In this document: positions 42,237 through 53,383 of the stretch, one piece after another
Position numbering within the stretch: the first letter of the stretch is position 1
Layout: every line of letters begins with the position of its first letter
Assembly (NCBI GenBank): GCA_046596405.1
Contig: JBKJMN010000021.1
Location: 750 to 64,749, forward strand
Direction of reading: 5' to 3'
DNA from: Burkholderiales bacterium
Lineage (GTDB): Bacteria; Pseudomonadota; Gammaproteobacteria; Burkholderiales; SG8-41
DNA: 64,000 nt
Made by a program: the position numbers and the translations under genes
Notes under the pieces: model-generated
Told to the model about the DNA's origin: nothing
What the model saw: the letters and a program-made list of their open reading frames with translations, nothing else
Database searches by the model: none

Positions 42237-43948
42237 AGTCGGGCATGAATCCCGGCAACGGCGTCGGCCAAAGCTATCGCTTGTGCGGATTTGTCGCGCC
42301 GCCCCTGGTATTCAATCTCGCCCTGCTTCAAGCTGCGTTCGCCGATCACGATGCGATGCGGGATGCCGCTCAATTCCATATCGGCGAACATGACGCCCGG
42401 CCGCTCGTTGCGGTCGTCGAGCAGCACTTCGATGCCGGCGGCCGCGAGCTCGGCATAAAGCTTCTCCGCCGCTTCGCGTACCGCGGCGCTTTTGCGCATG
42501 CCGATCGGCACAATGGCAAGCGCAAATGGTGCGATCGACGGCGGCCAGATGATGCCGCGCTCGTCGTGATTCTGCTCGATCGCGGCGGCGACGATGCGCG
42601 TGATGCCGATACCGTAGCAACCCATTTCCATCGGCTGGTGTTTGCCCGCGTCGTCGAGAAACGTGCATTTGAGGACCGCAGAATACTTGGTGCGCAACTG
42701 GAAAATATGCCCGACCTCGATCCCACGGCAGATCTCGACCCGGCCCTTGCCATCGGGACTCGCGTCGCCTGCGATGACATTGCGAATATCGGCAACGAGC
42801 GCGGAATCCGGCAGATCGCGTCCCCAGTTGACGTTGCAGTAGTGCTGCCCGTCACTGTTGGCGCCGCATGCGAAGTCGTGCGCGGACGCCGCCGAACGGT
42901 CGACGATCACGGTCAGCTTGGCGGGATTTTTAATCTGCAGCGGACCGAGCGAACCGAAACCCGCGCCGAATACCGCGCGCACGTCGGCTTCGGCGGCGGG
43001 CTGCAGGGGCGTTTGTAGCGCGGGCAGTTTTGCCGCCTTGATTTCGTTCAGCATGTGATCGCCGCGCAGTATGAGCGCGACCAAGCCTTCGGTCCCCTGA
43101 TAGACCAGGGTTTTGACGGTCTGCTGCGGCGCAATCTTGAGCAGCTGGCACAAATCGTCGATCGTGCGTACCCCGGGTGTCGCGATCATGGTCATCGCGG
43201 CGGTCGCCGCGCCGCGTACGGCCGGTGTAGCGAGCGCTTCGGCCAGTTCTATATTGGCCGCATAGTCCGACTCCGGGCAGAACGCGATCGCGTCCTCGCC
43301 GGAATCCGCGAGCACGTGGAATTCGTGCGAGCCCGTGCCGCCGATCGAACCGGTGTCGGCGGCGACCGCGCGAAACTTGAGCCCGAGGCGCGTGAAAATG
43401 CGCGTATACGTTTCGTACATGTTGCGATATTCGCGCTCGAGATCGACATAGCTCGCGTGAAACGAATAGCCGTCCTTCATCACAAACTCGCGTCCGCGCA
43501 TGACGCCGAAGCGCGGCCGCCGCTCGTCGCGGAATTTGGTCTGGATCTGGTAGAAGTGAACCGGCAACTGCCGATAGCTCTTGATTTCGTTACGCGCGAT
43601 ATCGGTAACGACTTCTTCGGAGGTCGGCTGGATGACGAAATCGCGCTCGTGGCGGTCTTTGAGCCGCAACAATTCAGGACCGTATGCCTGCCAGCGGCCG
43701 GATTCCTGCCAGAGCTCAGCGGGTTGCACGACCGGCATCGAAAGCTCGATAGCGCCCGCCCGGTTCATCTCTTCGCGCACGATAGCTTCGACTTTGCGTG
43801 CGACGCGCAAGCCCATCGGCATCAGGCTGTAGATGCCGCTGCCAAGGCGCCGGATCAGTCCCGCGCGCAGCATCAGGCGGTGGCTCACCAGCTCCGCTTC
43901 CGACGGTGCTTCCTTCAGAGTCGAGAGAAAGAATTTCGATACGCGCAT
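42224..43948 (-). CDS. proS: Proline--tRNA ligase
   Basis: [30 protein letters not shown]. Class II motifs. INS editing domain. 574 aa. Confidence 0.96.
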   Translation of the reverse strand: MRVSKFFLSTLKEAPSEAELVSHRLMLRAGLIRRLGSGIYSLMPMGLRVARKVEAIVREEMNRAGAIELSMPVVQPAELWQESGRWQAYGPELLRLKDRHERDFVIQPTSEEVVTDIARNEIKSYRQLPVHFYQIQTKFRDERRPRFGVMRGREFVMKDGYSFHASYVDLEREYRNMYETYTRIFTRLGLKFRAVAADTGSIGGTGSHEFHVLADSGEDAIAFCPESDYAANIELAEALATPAVRGAATAAMTMIATPGVRTIDDLCQLLKIAPQQTVKTLVYQGTEGLVALILRGDHMLNEIKAAKLPALQTPLQPAAEADVRAVFGAGFGSLGPLQIKNPAKLTVIVDRSAASAHDFACGANSDGQHYCNVNWGRDLPDSALVADIRNVIAGDASPDGKGRVEICRGIEVGHIFQLRTKYSAVLKCTFLDDAGKHQPMEMGCYGIGITRIVAAAIEQNHDERGIIWPPSIAPFALAIVPIGMRKSAAVREAAEKLYAELAAAGIEVLLDDRNERPGVMFADMELSGIPHRIVIGERSLKQGEIEYQGRRDKSAQAIALADAVAGIHARLCAG

Positions 43949-43991
43949 GACTACCCGAAATCGTTGAAAGCCCTTATTCTACCGAACCCAA

Positions 43992-44804
43992 GTGCATTTC
44001 CGGAAACTCTCCCGCATGAAGTTCCTGCAAAGCTGGCGCGTGCGCAAGGCCGCGGACGACAATGAATCGGTTTATATCAGCGAAAAATTCGGCGTGCGCA
44101 CGCTGCATATCGGCAGCGACACGGTACAAAGCTCGATGCGCATCGCGCGGCCGAACGATCTCGAAGTGTCGTATACGCGCAGCATGATGGCGTTTCTGCT
44201 CTTCAAACCGGAGCCTGAGACGGTGCTCATGATCGGACTGGGCGGCGGCTCCATCGCCAAATTTATCTATCACCAGTTGCCGAACACGCGCACCATCGCG
44301 ATCGAAGTCAGTTCGCAGGTGGTCGACATCGCGCGCCAGTACTTCTACGTACCGCGCAACGATGACCGGCTCGACATCATCGCCACCGACGGCGCCGCCT
44401 TTGTGCGGGACCACGCTATCGGTGCCGACGTAATGGTCGTCGATGGATACGACGCGGAATCCCAGGTCGAGGCGTTGTGCTCGCCGGCGTTTTACCGTGA
44501 TTGCGCGCGTGCGCTCGCCGACGATGGCATTCTGGTGGTCAATTTGTGGGGCGGCGACCGCAACTTCACGACGTGTGTTAACCGCCTCGCCAAAGCGTTC
44601 GACGGGTTGGTGGCATGCCTGCCCGCGGGCAAACCGGGCAATATCGCGGCGTTTGCTTTCAAACGCAGTCCGGGGCGGCCGGCGTGGCAGGATTTACATG
44701 CGCGCGCGGAGCAACTTGAAGCCCGTTACGGGCTTGAATTCACGCGTTTCGTGAAAGAGTTCACACTGATGAATCCGCACGACGCAGAGCGCCTGCTCTT
44801 GTAG
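43992..44804 (+). CDS. Spermidine-synthase-like SAM-dependent methyltransferase-fold protein
   Basis: VLMIGLGGGSIAKF....P......IE.......AR.YF and D.I..DG motifs. The start could instead be ATG 44016. Confidence 0.65.
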   Translation: MHFRKLSRMKFLQSWRVRKAADDNESVYISEKFGVRTLHIGSDTVQSSMRIARPNDLEVSYTRSMMAFLLFKPEPETVLMIGLGGGSIAKFIYHQLPNTRTIAIEVSSQVVDIARQYFYVPRNDDRLDIIATDGAAFVRDHAIGADVMVVDGYDAESQVEALCSPAFYRDCARALADDGILVVNLWGGDRNFTTCVNRLAKAFDGLVACLPAGKPGNIAAFAFKRSPGRPAWQDLHARAEQLEARYGLEFTRFVKEFTLMNPHDAERLLL

Positions 44805-44876
44805 CAAAGCGGCTTTCAATTCCACCGGCTTTGTGGAAGAATCTGACTCAATCAGCGCATACACAGGGTGACTCAC

Positions 44877-45389
44877 ATGATCGATCGTGACGGGTATCGC
44901 CCCAATGTCGGCATCATCATCTGCAATCTGAAAAATGAGGTCTTCTGGGGCAAGCGCGTCAAAGAACATTCATGGCAGTTCCCGCAGGGCGGCATCAAGG
45001 CCGGTGAAACGCCCGAGCGCGCGATGTTCCGCGAACTGCACGAGGAAGTGGGTCTCGGCGCCGAACACGTGCGGATACTCGGCCGCACGCGCGACTGGCT
45101 GCGCTACGAAGTTCCCGAACAATGGGTGCGCCGCGAGTGGCGCGGTAATTACAAGGGGCAGAAACAGATCTGGTATTTGCTGCGCCTCGTCGGTCGCGAT
45201 TGCGACGTGCACCTGCGGGCGTGCGAAAAGCCCGAATTCGATGCGTGGCGCTGGAACGATTATTGGGTGCCGCTCGAATCGGTGATCGAGTTTAAGCGGG
45301 ACGTTTATCAGCTCGCATTGAACGAGCTCGCGAAGTACTTGCACCGCAATCCGCACGAAAGGCGCCCGCACGTCGCCAGCGCGCCCTGA
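44877..45389 (+). CDS. rppH: RNA pyrophosphohydrolase (Nudix)
   Basis: [17 protein letters not shown]...[10 protein letters not shown]....AM.REL.EEVGL closely parallels E. coli RppH as I recall it. An alternative GTG start lies at 44868. Confidence 0.9.
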   Translation: MIDRDGYRPNVGIIICNLKNEVFWGKRVKEHSWQFPQGGIKAGETPERAMFRELHEEVGLGAEHVRILGRTRDWLRYEVPEQWVRREWRGNYKGQKQIWYLLRLVGRDCDVHLRACEKPEFDAWRWNDYWVPLESVIEFKRDVYQLALNELAKYLHRNPHERRPHVASAP

Positions 45390-45412
45390 ACGTCCCGCGC
45401 GCACCCGCGCAA

Positions 45413-45474
45413 TTGACAGTTTTCGCCCGGAGTTTTACACTGGTTTCACGGATTAGATTCAGTCTAATTACGTG
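45413..45474 (+). promoter_or_regulatory. Candidate sigma-70 promoter (TTGACA-17-TACACT) with an adjacent palindromic operator ATTAGA-N5-TCTAAT
   Basis: -35 at 45413-45418 and -10 at 45436-45441. Inverted repeat 45452-45468, flanked by CACG/CGTG, begins 11 nt after the -10. About 100 nt upstream of the rubrerythrin ATG. Confidence 0.4.
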
Positions 45475-45568
45475 TCCGGTCGGGCAATCGTGTGTATGCA
45501 AGTATGAGCCCGGCCGATATCGCGCCGGCCCCGCGGGCCGGACGGCATTGAATAACAGGAGAAAAGCG

Positions 45569-45988
45569 ATGGAACTCAAAGGATCGAAAACCGAAGGGAA
45601 TCTGAAGGCCGCGTTCGCGGGCGAATCGCAAGCCAACCGCCGCTATCTTTATTTCGCAGCGAAAGCCGACGTCGAAGGGCAGAACGACGTTGCCGCCGTG
45701 TTCCGTTCGACCGCGGAAGGCGAAACCGGCCATGCGCATGGCCATCTCGAGTATCTAGAGGCCGTGGGCGACCCGGCAACCGGGCTGCCGATCGGCAAGT
45801 CGCGCGATAACCTGAAAGCCGCGATCGCCGGCGAGACCCACGAGTACACGGACATGTATCCCGGGATGTCGAAATCCGCGCGCCAGGAGGGTTTCGACGA
45901 AATCGCCGACTGGTTTGAGACGCTCGCAAAAGCCGAGCGCTCACATGCCAATCGATTCCAGAAGTCACTCGACGCGCTGACCGACTGA
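45569..45988 (+). CDS. Rubrerythrin-family diiron protein (no rubredoxin domain)
   Basis: ATG 45569 after an AGGAG RBS. TEGNLKAAFAGESQANRRY and two E..H motifs (ETGH, ERSH). 139 aa. Confidence 0.88.
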   Translation: MELKGSKTEGNLKAAFAGESQANRRYLYFAAKADVEGQNDVAAVFRSTAEGETGHAHGHLEYLEAVGDPATGLPIGKSRDNLKAAIAGETHEYTDMYPGMSKSARQEGFDEIADWFETLAKAERSHANRFQKSLDALTD

Positions 45989-46060
45989 CCGGGTAGCGGT
46001 TGCAAGCAGGCGGAAGGCTGACTAGCCTTTCGCCTTTTTTCTGTTCCCTGAAAGCATCAC

Positions 46061-47389
46061 ATGACCACGCGCGAAGGCAGCCTCGAAGCGCCCACCCGCC
46101 ATCCGCTGGGCTGGCAGGAGCCCGATTTTTACGATGAGCAAAAGGTCGTCGCGGAGCTCGAGCGCGTGTTCGATATCTGTCATGGCTGCCGGCGCTGCGT
46201 AAACCTGTGCACTGCGTTCCCGCGGCTATTCGACCTGATTGACGAAGGTAAAACCGGCGAACTCGACGGCGTCGACAAAAGCCGCTTCGGCGAGGTCGTC
46301 GATCGCTGTTATCTGTGCGACACCTGCTATATGACCAAGTGTCCTTACGTGCCGCCCCACCCCTGGAACGTAGATTTTCCGCACCTGATGCTGCGCGCGA
46401 AAGCGCTCAAGTACAAGCAGGGCGGAACTACGATGCGCGACAAGCTGCTGACCTCCACCGATGCGGTCGGCAAACTCGCGACCATTCCCGTGGTCGTGCG
46501 TTTCGTGAATGCCGCGAACAAGTCGCCGCTCGCGCGTGGCGCGATGGACAAAGTGCTCGGCGTGCATAAAGACCGCGTGCTGCCGGAATACGCGGCCCGG
46601 AAATTCAGGGCTCAAGCGCATCCCGACGCGTCTTTTGCGGTGCGCGCAGGCAAGACGACACCGGGTAAAGTAGCCGTTTTCGCGACCTGCTATGTCAACT
46701 ACAACGAACCCGGCCTTGGCCACGACTTGTTGAAGATACTTGCGCACAACGAGGTGCCGGCGATCGTCGTCGAGAAGGAAGCGTGCTGCGGCATGCCGAA
46801 ACTCGAACTCGGCGATCTCGACGCGGTGGCTAAGTTGAAGGAAATCAATATCCCGCACCTGGCGAAGCTCGCGCGCGAAGGATATGCGATTCTGACCGCG
46901 ATTCCGTCGTGCACGTTGATGTTCAAACAGGAGCTGCCGCTGATGTTCCCTGACGATGCCGACGTCAAGGCCGTGAAGGCCGCCATGTTTGATCCCTTCG
47001 AATACCTGGTGATGCGCAACAAGGACGGGCTGCTGAAAACGGATTTCAAGCACGGGCTCGGCAAAGTCTCGTATCACATACCGTGCCATTCGCGCGTGCA
47101 GAATGTCGGCCAGAAGACGCGCGAGATGCTGGCGCTGGTGCCCGCGACCGAGGTCAGCACGATCGAGAGGTGTTCGGGGCACGACGGCACCTGGGGCGTC
47201 AAAACCGAGTTTTTTGAGCAGTCGATGAAGATAGGCCGCCCCGTTTTCAGGCAAATGGCGGCGAGCGATCCGGATTTCATCAGCTCGGATTGCCCGATCG
47301 CGGCCCGCCATATCGAGCAGGGCATCGGCAAATCGCGCGCGCGCAAAGAGCATCCGCTTGCATTGCTGCGTATCGCATACGGCCTCTAA
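46061..47389 (+). CDS. HdrD/GlpC-like (Fe-S)-binding protein with two CCG domains
   Basis: Two ferredoxin-type Cys clusters (CHGCRRCVNLC, CYLCDTCYMTKCP), then CCG-domain signatures (FATCYVN...ACCGMP and IPCHSR...RCSGHDG). Confidence 0.8.
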   Translation: MTTREGSLEAPTRHPLGWQEPDFYDEQKVVAELERVFDICHGCRRCVNLCTAFPRLFDLIDEGKTGELDGVDKSRFGEVVDRCYLCDTCYMTKCPYVPPHPWNVDFPHLMLRAKALKYKQGGTTMRDKLLTSTDAVGKLATIPVVVRFVNAANKSPLARGAMDKVLGVHKDRVLPEYAARKFRAQAHPDASFAVRAGKTTPGKVAVFATCYVNYNEPGLGHDLLKILAHNEVPAIVVEKEACCGMPKLELGDLDAVAKLKEINIPHLAKLAREGYAILTAIPSCTLMFKQELPLMFPDDADVKAVKAAMFDPFEYLVMRNKDGLLKTDFKHGLGKVSYHIPCHSRVQNVGQKTREMLALVPATEVSTIERCSGHDGTWGVKTEFFEQSMKIGRPVFRQMAASDPDFISSDCPIAARHIEQGIGKSRARKEHPLALLRIAYGL

Positions 47390-47409
47390 ATTCTCCGCAC
47401 GGATCAACG

Positions 47410-47997
47410 ATGACTCATATCACCGCCGGCAGCCTGCTCACGTTAGAAGCTTATGCGAAGCAGCGCAAGGATTTCCGCACGCGCGTGCTCGCGCACAAGA
47501 AGCAACGCACGGTGGCGCTCGGCGAGCACGTTACGCTCATCTTTGAAGACGAGCTCACGGTCCGCTATCAGATCCAGGAAATGCTGCGCGTCGAGCGCAT
47601 TTTCGAGGAGGCCTGCATCCACGACGAGCTCGACGCCTACAATCCGCTGATACCCGACGGCAGCAACTGGAAGGCGACCATGTTGATCGAATATCCGGAC
47701 GTCGCCGAGCGCCAGGTCAAACTTGCGCTGCTGCGCGGGATCGAGGACAAGGTATGGGTGCGCGTAACCGGATACGAACGTGTACACGCGGTCGCGGATG
47801 AAGACATGGAGCGCACGAACGACGAGAAGACCTCCGCCGTGCACTTCCTGCGCTTCGAGTTGACGCCGCCGATGACGGCTGCGCTGGGTGCCGGCGGCGA
47901 TCTCGCCATCGGCGTCGACCACCCGGCCTATGGCGCAGCGGTCGACCGCGTGCCGGCGGCGGTGAAGTCGTCGCTGATTGCGGACTTGCGGGGCTGA
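47410..47997 (+). CDS. DUF3501-family protein
   Basis: ATG 47410, 20 nt after the Fe-S protein stop. 195 aa. Assigned from my recollection of the family and its conserved position after rubrerythrin and the CCG Fe-S protein. Confidence 0.6.
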   Translation: MTHITAGSLLTLEAYAKQRKDFRTRVLAHKKQRTVALGEHVTLIFEDELTVRYQIQEMLRVERIFEEACIHDELDAYNPLIPDGSNWKATMLIEYPDVAERQVKLALLRGIEDKVWVRVTGYERVHAVADEDMERTNDEKTSAVHFLRFELTPPMTAALGAGGDLAIGVDHPAYGAAVDRVPAAVKSSLIADLRG

Positions 47998-47998
47998 C

Positions 47999-48553
47999 AT
48001 GGGATGGTCCTCTGTGCGAAATCCGGCGGCAGTGTGTGCGCTCATGCTGCCGCTCTGCGCCTCCGCGCAGCTCTTGGAGCTGCTGACTGGCGAGCCCGAT
48101 CCGGAAAAAAAGGAATTCGTCGAACGCGAAGTCAAGCTGCCGCCGCTGCCCAAGCCGGAAAATCTGCTCGAGTTTCACCCGAGCGCGGCGAATGCCAACA
48201 AGTTTTTCATCGACGCCACTTCCATTTCGATAGACTCCGACGGCACCGTGCGCTATACGCTGGTGGTTAAAAGCCCGGGCGGCGCCGAAAACATTTCGTA
48301 CGAGGGTATTCGCTGCGAGACTATCGAGCAGAAGTATTTCGCGTTCGGCCGCCGCGACGGCACGTGGTCAGAGGCGCGTGCCCCGCTTTGGCGCAAGATC
48401 CACTATAAGGACATTAACCGCCAGTACGGCGTGCTCTACGCCAGTTACTTCTGCCCCGACGGCAGTCCCATCCGCTCCGCCAGGGATGCGATCAATCGTT
48501 TCAAGTATGGCGCGCCGTACGGCGAGCCACCGCGCACCAGCAACGGACGCTAG
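47999..48553 (+). CDS. CNP1-like secreted protein
   Basis: ATG 47999, 1 nt after the DUF3501 stop. Signal peptide. SID.DG.VRYTLV..S..GA.N.SYEGIRC......YA.G..DG.W motif. Confidence 0.6.
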   Translation: MGWSSVRNPAAVCALMLPLCASAQLLELLTGEPDPEKKEFVEREVKLPPLPKPENLLEFHPSAANANKFFIDATSISIDSDGTVRYTLVVKSPGGAENISYEGIRCETIEQKYFAFGRRDGTWSEARAPLWRKIHYKDINRQYGVLYASYFCPDGSPIRSARDAINRFKYGAPYGEPPRTSNGR

Positions 48554-48588
48554 CGCGCCTTCTTCGCCCCTGCGTCGGGGCGCGTGGC

Positions 48589-49707
48589 CTAGAGCAGGAC
48601 CAGATTGTCGCGGTGGATCAGTTCCGGCTCGTCGACGTAGCCGAGTTTGGCTTCGATCTCGCTCGACGGCGTTTTCAGGATTCGGCGCGTTTCGCCCGCG
48701 CTATAGTTGACCAGCCCGCGCGCGATTTCTGCGCCGTCCGGGCCGCAGCAACCGACCGCTTCACCGCGCTCGAATTCACCCGTGACTTCGTATACGCCAA
48801 TCGGCAGCAGGCTCGTTCGCTGCTCGCGCAGCGCCTTGACCGCGCCGGCATCGAGTATCAGCTTGCCGCGAACCTGCAGGTGATCGGCAAGCCATTGTTT
48901 GCGCGCGGCCAGTGTCTGGGTCTGCGCTTTCAACAAGGTCCCGATGCGTTCCCCGCGCGCGAGCCGCACGAGAACCTGCTCCTCGCGGCCGGAGGCGATT
49001 ATCGTATGCGCGCCGCTGCGCGCCGCGCGCTTGGCCGCGAGCACTTTCGTGAGCATGCCGCCCAGTCCGATGGCGCTGCCCGCACCGCCGGCAATTTTTT
49101 CCAGTTCCGGGTCGCCCGCGCGTGCTTCGTGGAGCAGCGTCGCTTGCGGATTTTTGCGCGGGTCCGCCGAAAAAAGCCCGGCCTGGTCGGTGAGGATCAC
49201 CAGCACGTCGGCCTCGACCAGATTGGTCACTAAAGCGCCCAGCGTGTCGTTGTCGCCGACGCGAATTTCGTCGGTCGCGACCGTATCGTTTTCGTTGATG
49301 ATCGGAATGACGCCCAGATCGAGCAGGGTGCGCAGGGTGGAGCGGGCGTTCAGATAGCGTTTGCGGTCCGCCATGTCCTCGTGCGTCAGAAGAATCTGCG
49401 ATGTGAGCAGCGAATGCTCGCGGAACCGGGATTCGTATGCTTCGATCAGGCCCATCTGGCCGACGGCCGCGGCCGCCTGGAGTTCGTGTACGGCGCTTGG
49501 CCGCCGCTTCCAGCCGAGCCTCTGCATGCCTTCGGCGATTGCACCGCTAGACACCAGCAGCACCTCGCGACCTAGTTTGCGCAATTCGGCGATTTGGGCA
49601 ACCCAGCGCGCGAGCGCGGCGTGGTCGAGTCCCTGCCCCTGGTTGGTGACCAGGCTACTGCCGACTTTAACGACCAGCCGTTTGGCGTTGGCAATTTCGG
49701 AGTTCAT
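48589..49707 (-). CDS. proB: Glutamate 5-kinase
   Basis: ATG 49707 ([21 protein letters not shown]). C-terminal PUA domain. 372 aa. Confidence 0.94.
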   Translation of the reverse strand: MNSEIANAKRLVVKVGSSLVTNQGQGLDHAALARWVAQIAELRKLGREVLLVSSGAIAEGMQRLGWKRRPSAVHELQAAAAVGQMGLIEAYESRFREHSLLTSQILLTHEDMADRKRYLNARSTLRTLLDLGVIPIINENDTVATDEIRVGDNDTLGALVTNLVEADVLVILTDQAGLFSADPRKNPQATLLHEARAGDPELEKIAGGAGSAIGLGGMLTKVLAAKRAARSGAHTIIASGREEQVLVRLARGERIGTLLKAQTQTLAARKQWLADHLQVRGKLILDAGAVKALREQRTSLLPIGVYEVTGEFERGEAVGCCGPDGAEIARGLVNYSAGETRRILKTPSSEIEAKLGYVDEPELIHRDNLVLL

Positions 49708-49735
49708 TTCGTTCGCACCATGAGCCGGCGGCAGC

Positions 49736-50833
<1,098 letters not shown>

Positions 50834-50950
50834 CTAATCGCACGCGAATAAATATCAACTCGGAACTTGCTCATCTTCCGGTGCTCTTTTAGGTTGGTGC
50901 TGCTGCTGACATTTTCTGCGCCGGAATTGTAATTTGTAGCGCGGCGGGGA

Positions 50951-50984
50951 AACAAAAAAGCCCTGCGCAGCGGCAGGGCTTTTG
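50951..50984 (-). terminator. Rho-independent terminator downstream of rpmA (between rpmA and obg)
   Basis: AGCCCTGC-N6-GCAGGGCT hairpin (50959-50980), followed on the minus strand by TTTTTTGTTT. Confidence 0.7.
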
Positions 50985-51002
50985 ATGCGTTACGAGCCTG
51001 CT

Positions 51003-51263
51003 CTACGCAGCGGGAACGATATTGACAGTTCTTTTCCTGGCCGATCCTTTGATTGCAAACTGAACGGTTCCTGGGATCAGCGCAAACAGGGTGTGGTCTT
51101 TGCCGATGCCAACGTTAACGCCCGGGTGCACCTGCGTACCGCGCTGGCGCACGATGATGCTGCCCGCGGTGATAAGTTCCCCGCCGTACGCTTTGACGCC
51201 GAGGCGCTTGGAATTCGAATCGCGGCCGTTGCGTGAGCTGCCGCCTGCTTTCTTATGTGCCAT
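51003..51263 (-). CDS. rpmA: 50S ribosomal protein L27
   Basis: [22 protein letters not shown]. Confidence 0.97.
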   Translation of the reverse strand: MAHKKAGGSSRNGRDSNSKRLGVKAYGGELITAGSIIVRQRGTQVHPGVNVGIGKDHTLFALIPGTVQFAIKGSARKRTVNIVPAA

Positions 51264-51272
51264 TTGGTGCTC

Positions 51273-51584
51273 CTATCCAGCAATGCCGAGAATTTCGATC
51301 TCGGTGTAATTTTGGCGGTGGCCCTGGGACTTGCGATAATGCTTGCGGCGGCGCATTTTGAAAATGTGCACCTTGTCGCCGCGTCCGTGGGACACGATTT
51401 TTGCGGTGACCGACGCGCCCGCCACGAGCGGCGTGCCAAGTGCTACCTTGTCGCCGTCGGCGACCATCAGCACCTGGTCGATCACGATTTCGGAACCGAC
51501 GTCAGCCGCGAGCTGTTCGATTTTTAGTTTGGCGCCTGAAGCGACACGGTACTGCTTGCCGCCGGTTGATATGACCGCATACAT
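51273..51584 (-). CDS. rplU: 50S ribosomal protein L21
   Basis: ATG 51584 ([14 protein letters not shown]). 103 aa. Confidence 0.97.
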   Translation of the reverse strand: MYAVISTGGKQYRVASGAKLKIEQLAADVGSEIVIDQVLMVADGDKVALGTPLVAGASVTAKIVSHGRGDKVHIFKMRRRKHYRKSQGHRQNYTEIEILGIAG

Positions 51585-51760
51585 GATTGGATCCTTTTTC
51601 ACCGCTGACGAGCCGGATTCGGAAAACCGAGCATTATACCCAAAGGCGATTTTTCAGTCAAAGCATAGTAAAATGAGTCACTTGCCAGCATCGTCGCCGC
51701 CCTGAAGCGTGCCCTTCGGGCGCGCAACCAGCGGGTAGCGCCATTCTTCACTGTAGCCTG

Positions 51761-52729
51761 ATGTCAGTTCCCTTTATTCAAGACCTTATCGCCGCGGATA
51801 TGCGCGCAGTGGATGCGATTATCCACCAGCGCCTGACGTCCGAAGTCGCCTTGGTCCGCGAGGTCGCCAGATACATCATCGGCAGCGGCGGCAAACGGCT
51901 GCGGCCCGCGCTTGTAATCCTGTCCGCGGGCGCGTTCGGTTACCGCGGTACCCAGCATCATGAACTGGCGGCGGTCGTCGAATTCATCCATACGGCGACG
52001 CTCTTGCATGACGACGTCGTGGACGCGTCGGAATTGCGCCGCGGCAATCCGACCGCCAACGCCCTGTTCGGCAATGCCGCGAGCGTGCTGGTCGGCGATT
52101 TCGTTTACTCGCGCGCGTTCCAGATGATGGTCGACGTCGAAAGCATGCGCGTTATGCAGGTGTTGGCCGGCGCCACGAACGTGATCGCCGAAGGCGAAGT
52201 GCTGCAGTTGATGAATTGCCACAACACGGCCATCGACGAACACGAGTACCTTAAGGTGATCCGCTACAAAACCGCCAAGTTGTTCGAGGCCGCGACGCGC
52301 CTTGGCGCGATTCTTGGTTGCGCTGAGCCGGCGCTCGAAGCGGCGATGGCTGACTACGGCATGCATCTGGGAACCGCGTTTCAGCTGATCGACGACGTGC
52401 TCGACTATTCGGGCGACAACAAAGCCACCGGCAAAAACGTCGGCGATGATCTGGCGGAAGGCAAGCCGACGCTGCCGTTGATTTATGCGATGAAACACGG
52501 CAATGCGGCTGAGGCCGCGCTGATAAAAAAAGCGATCGAGGAGGGCGGTCTCGGCGAACTCGAGCAAGTCATCAACGCGATCCAGCGCAGCGGCGCGCTC
52601 GACTACACCCGGCGCCAGGCCGAGGCGGAGGCGCGGGCAGCCGGCGTCGCACTGGCGATACTGCCAAATTCAATTTACCGCGATTCTTTGCTACAATTGG
52701 CGGAGTTTGCCGTTACACGCAATTACTAA
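51761..52729 (+). CDS. ispB: Octaprenyl diphosphate synthase
   Basis: Polyprenyl synthase motifs LLHDDVVD and FQLIDDVLD. 322 aa. Divergent from rplU, as in many proteobacteria. Confidence 0.92.
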   Translation: MSVPFIQDLIAADMRAVDAIIHQRLTSEVALVREVARYIIGSGGKRLRPALVILSAGAFGYRGTQHHELAAVVEFIHTATLLHDDVVDASELRRGNPTANALFGNAASVLVGDFVYSRAFQMMVDVESMRVMQVLAGATNVIAEGEVLQLMNCHNTAIDEHEYLKVIRYKTAKLFEAATRLGAILGCAEPALEAAMADYGMHLGTAFQLIDDVLDYSGDNKATGKNVGDDLAEGKPTLPLIYAMKHGNAAEAALIKKAIEEGGLGELEQVINAIQRSGALDYTRRQAEAEARAAGVALAILPNSIYRDSLLQLAEFAVTRNY

Positions 52730-52836
52730 GAGCGCCTGACACCATAAAACACGGGTGACAAAGCGTCGCGACTTGCTTCGCGTTCTGAGCCAAAATCGTG
52801 ACAGCGCATCACGCGTTTTATGGTGTTAGGCGCTCT
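52729..52836. repeat. 108-bp element bounded by 22-bp inverted repeats (21/22 complementary)
   Basis: AGAGCGCCTGACACCATAAAAC (52729-52750) pairs with GTTTTATGGTGTTAGGCGCTCT (52815-52836). The single mismatch is a G-U pair in RNA. The 64-nt interior has its own CGCGA/TCGCG hairpin. The element starts at the last base of the ispB stop codon. Confidence 0.7.
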
Positions 52837-52881
52837 AAGGGCACGCCAACACGTGCCCCTTGTAGTTGGAGCGCAGCAAAT

Positions 52882-52958
<77 letters not shown>

Positions 52959-53161
52959 ATTCGGTCGATCACCACTCATCGACGCGCCGCGGCGGCGCCG
53001 CGCAGCTTCCTTGCGCAAGCGGGCTTGAGCGCGGTCCCGGCGCGGGGCATCCGCCGCGCCGGATTTAACGGCCGATTTCGCTGTGACGCCCTGCCTCGAC
53101 GGGGCACCCTGCGTGATGCAAACTAGCGCTTTAGGCGCGGCGCACGCGGCGAGGATAAGAC

Positions 53162-53380
53162 TTGGGCAAATTGATATTCCTGGTGCTGGCCGTCGTAATC
53201 GTCTGGGCGGTGCTCAAGAGCTATCGCAAGTCGCGACAACGCGGCGCGGCGCCGCGCGCCGCTGCACCGGAAGACATGGTGCGTTGCGCGCATTGTGGCG
53301 TGCATCTGCCGCGCAGCGAGAGTCACCCCAGCGGCGACAGTTTTTTCTGCAGCGAAGATCATTTGCGACTGCACCGCTAG
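53162..53380 (+). CDS. Small membrane-anchored zinc-ribbon-like protein (PP0621-family-like)
   Basis: 72 aa. N-terminal TM segment (LIFLVLAVVIVWAVL). C-terminal CAHCGVH...FFCSEDH motif. TTG start, 3 nt upstream of the sensor kinase gene. Confidence 0.5.
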   Translation: MGKLIFLVLAVVIVWAVLKSYRKSRQRGAAPRAAAPEDMVRCAHCGVHLPRSESHPSGDSFFCSEDHLRLHR

Positions 53381-53383
53381 GCG

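Noticed and set aside
43055-44065. 336-aa plus-strand ORF
   Set aside because: It is antisense to proS.
46226-47407. 393-aa minus-strand ORF
   Set aside because: It is antisense to the CCG Fe-S protein gene, which has clear Cys-cluster motifs.
48563-48584. Small hairpin CGCCCC-TGCGTC-GGGGCG between the convergent CNP1-like gene and proB
   Set aside because: It has only a 6-bp stem and no U-tract on either strand, which is too weak to call a terminator.
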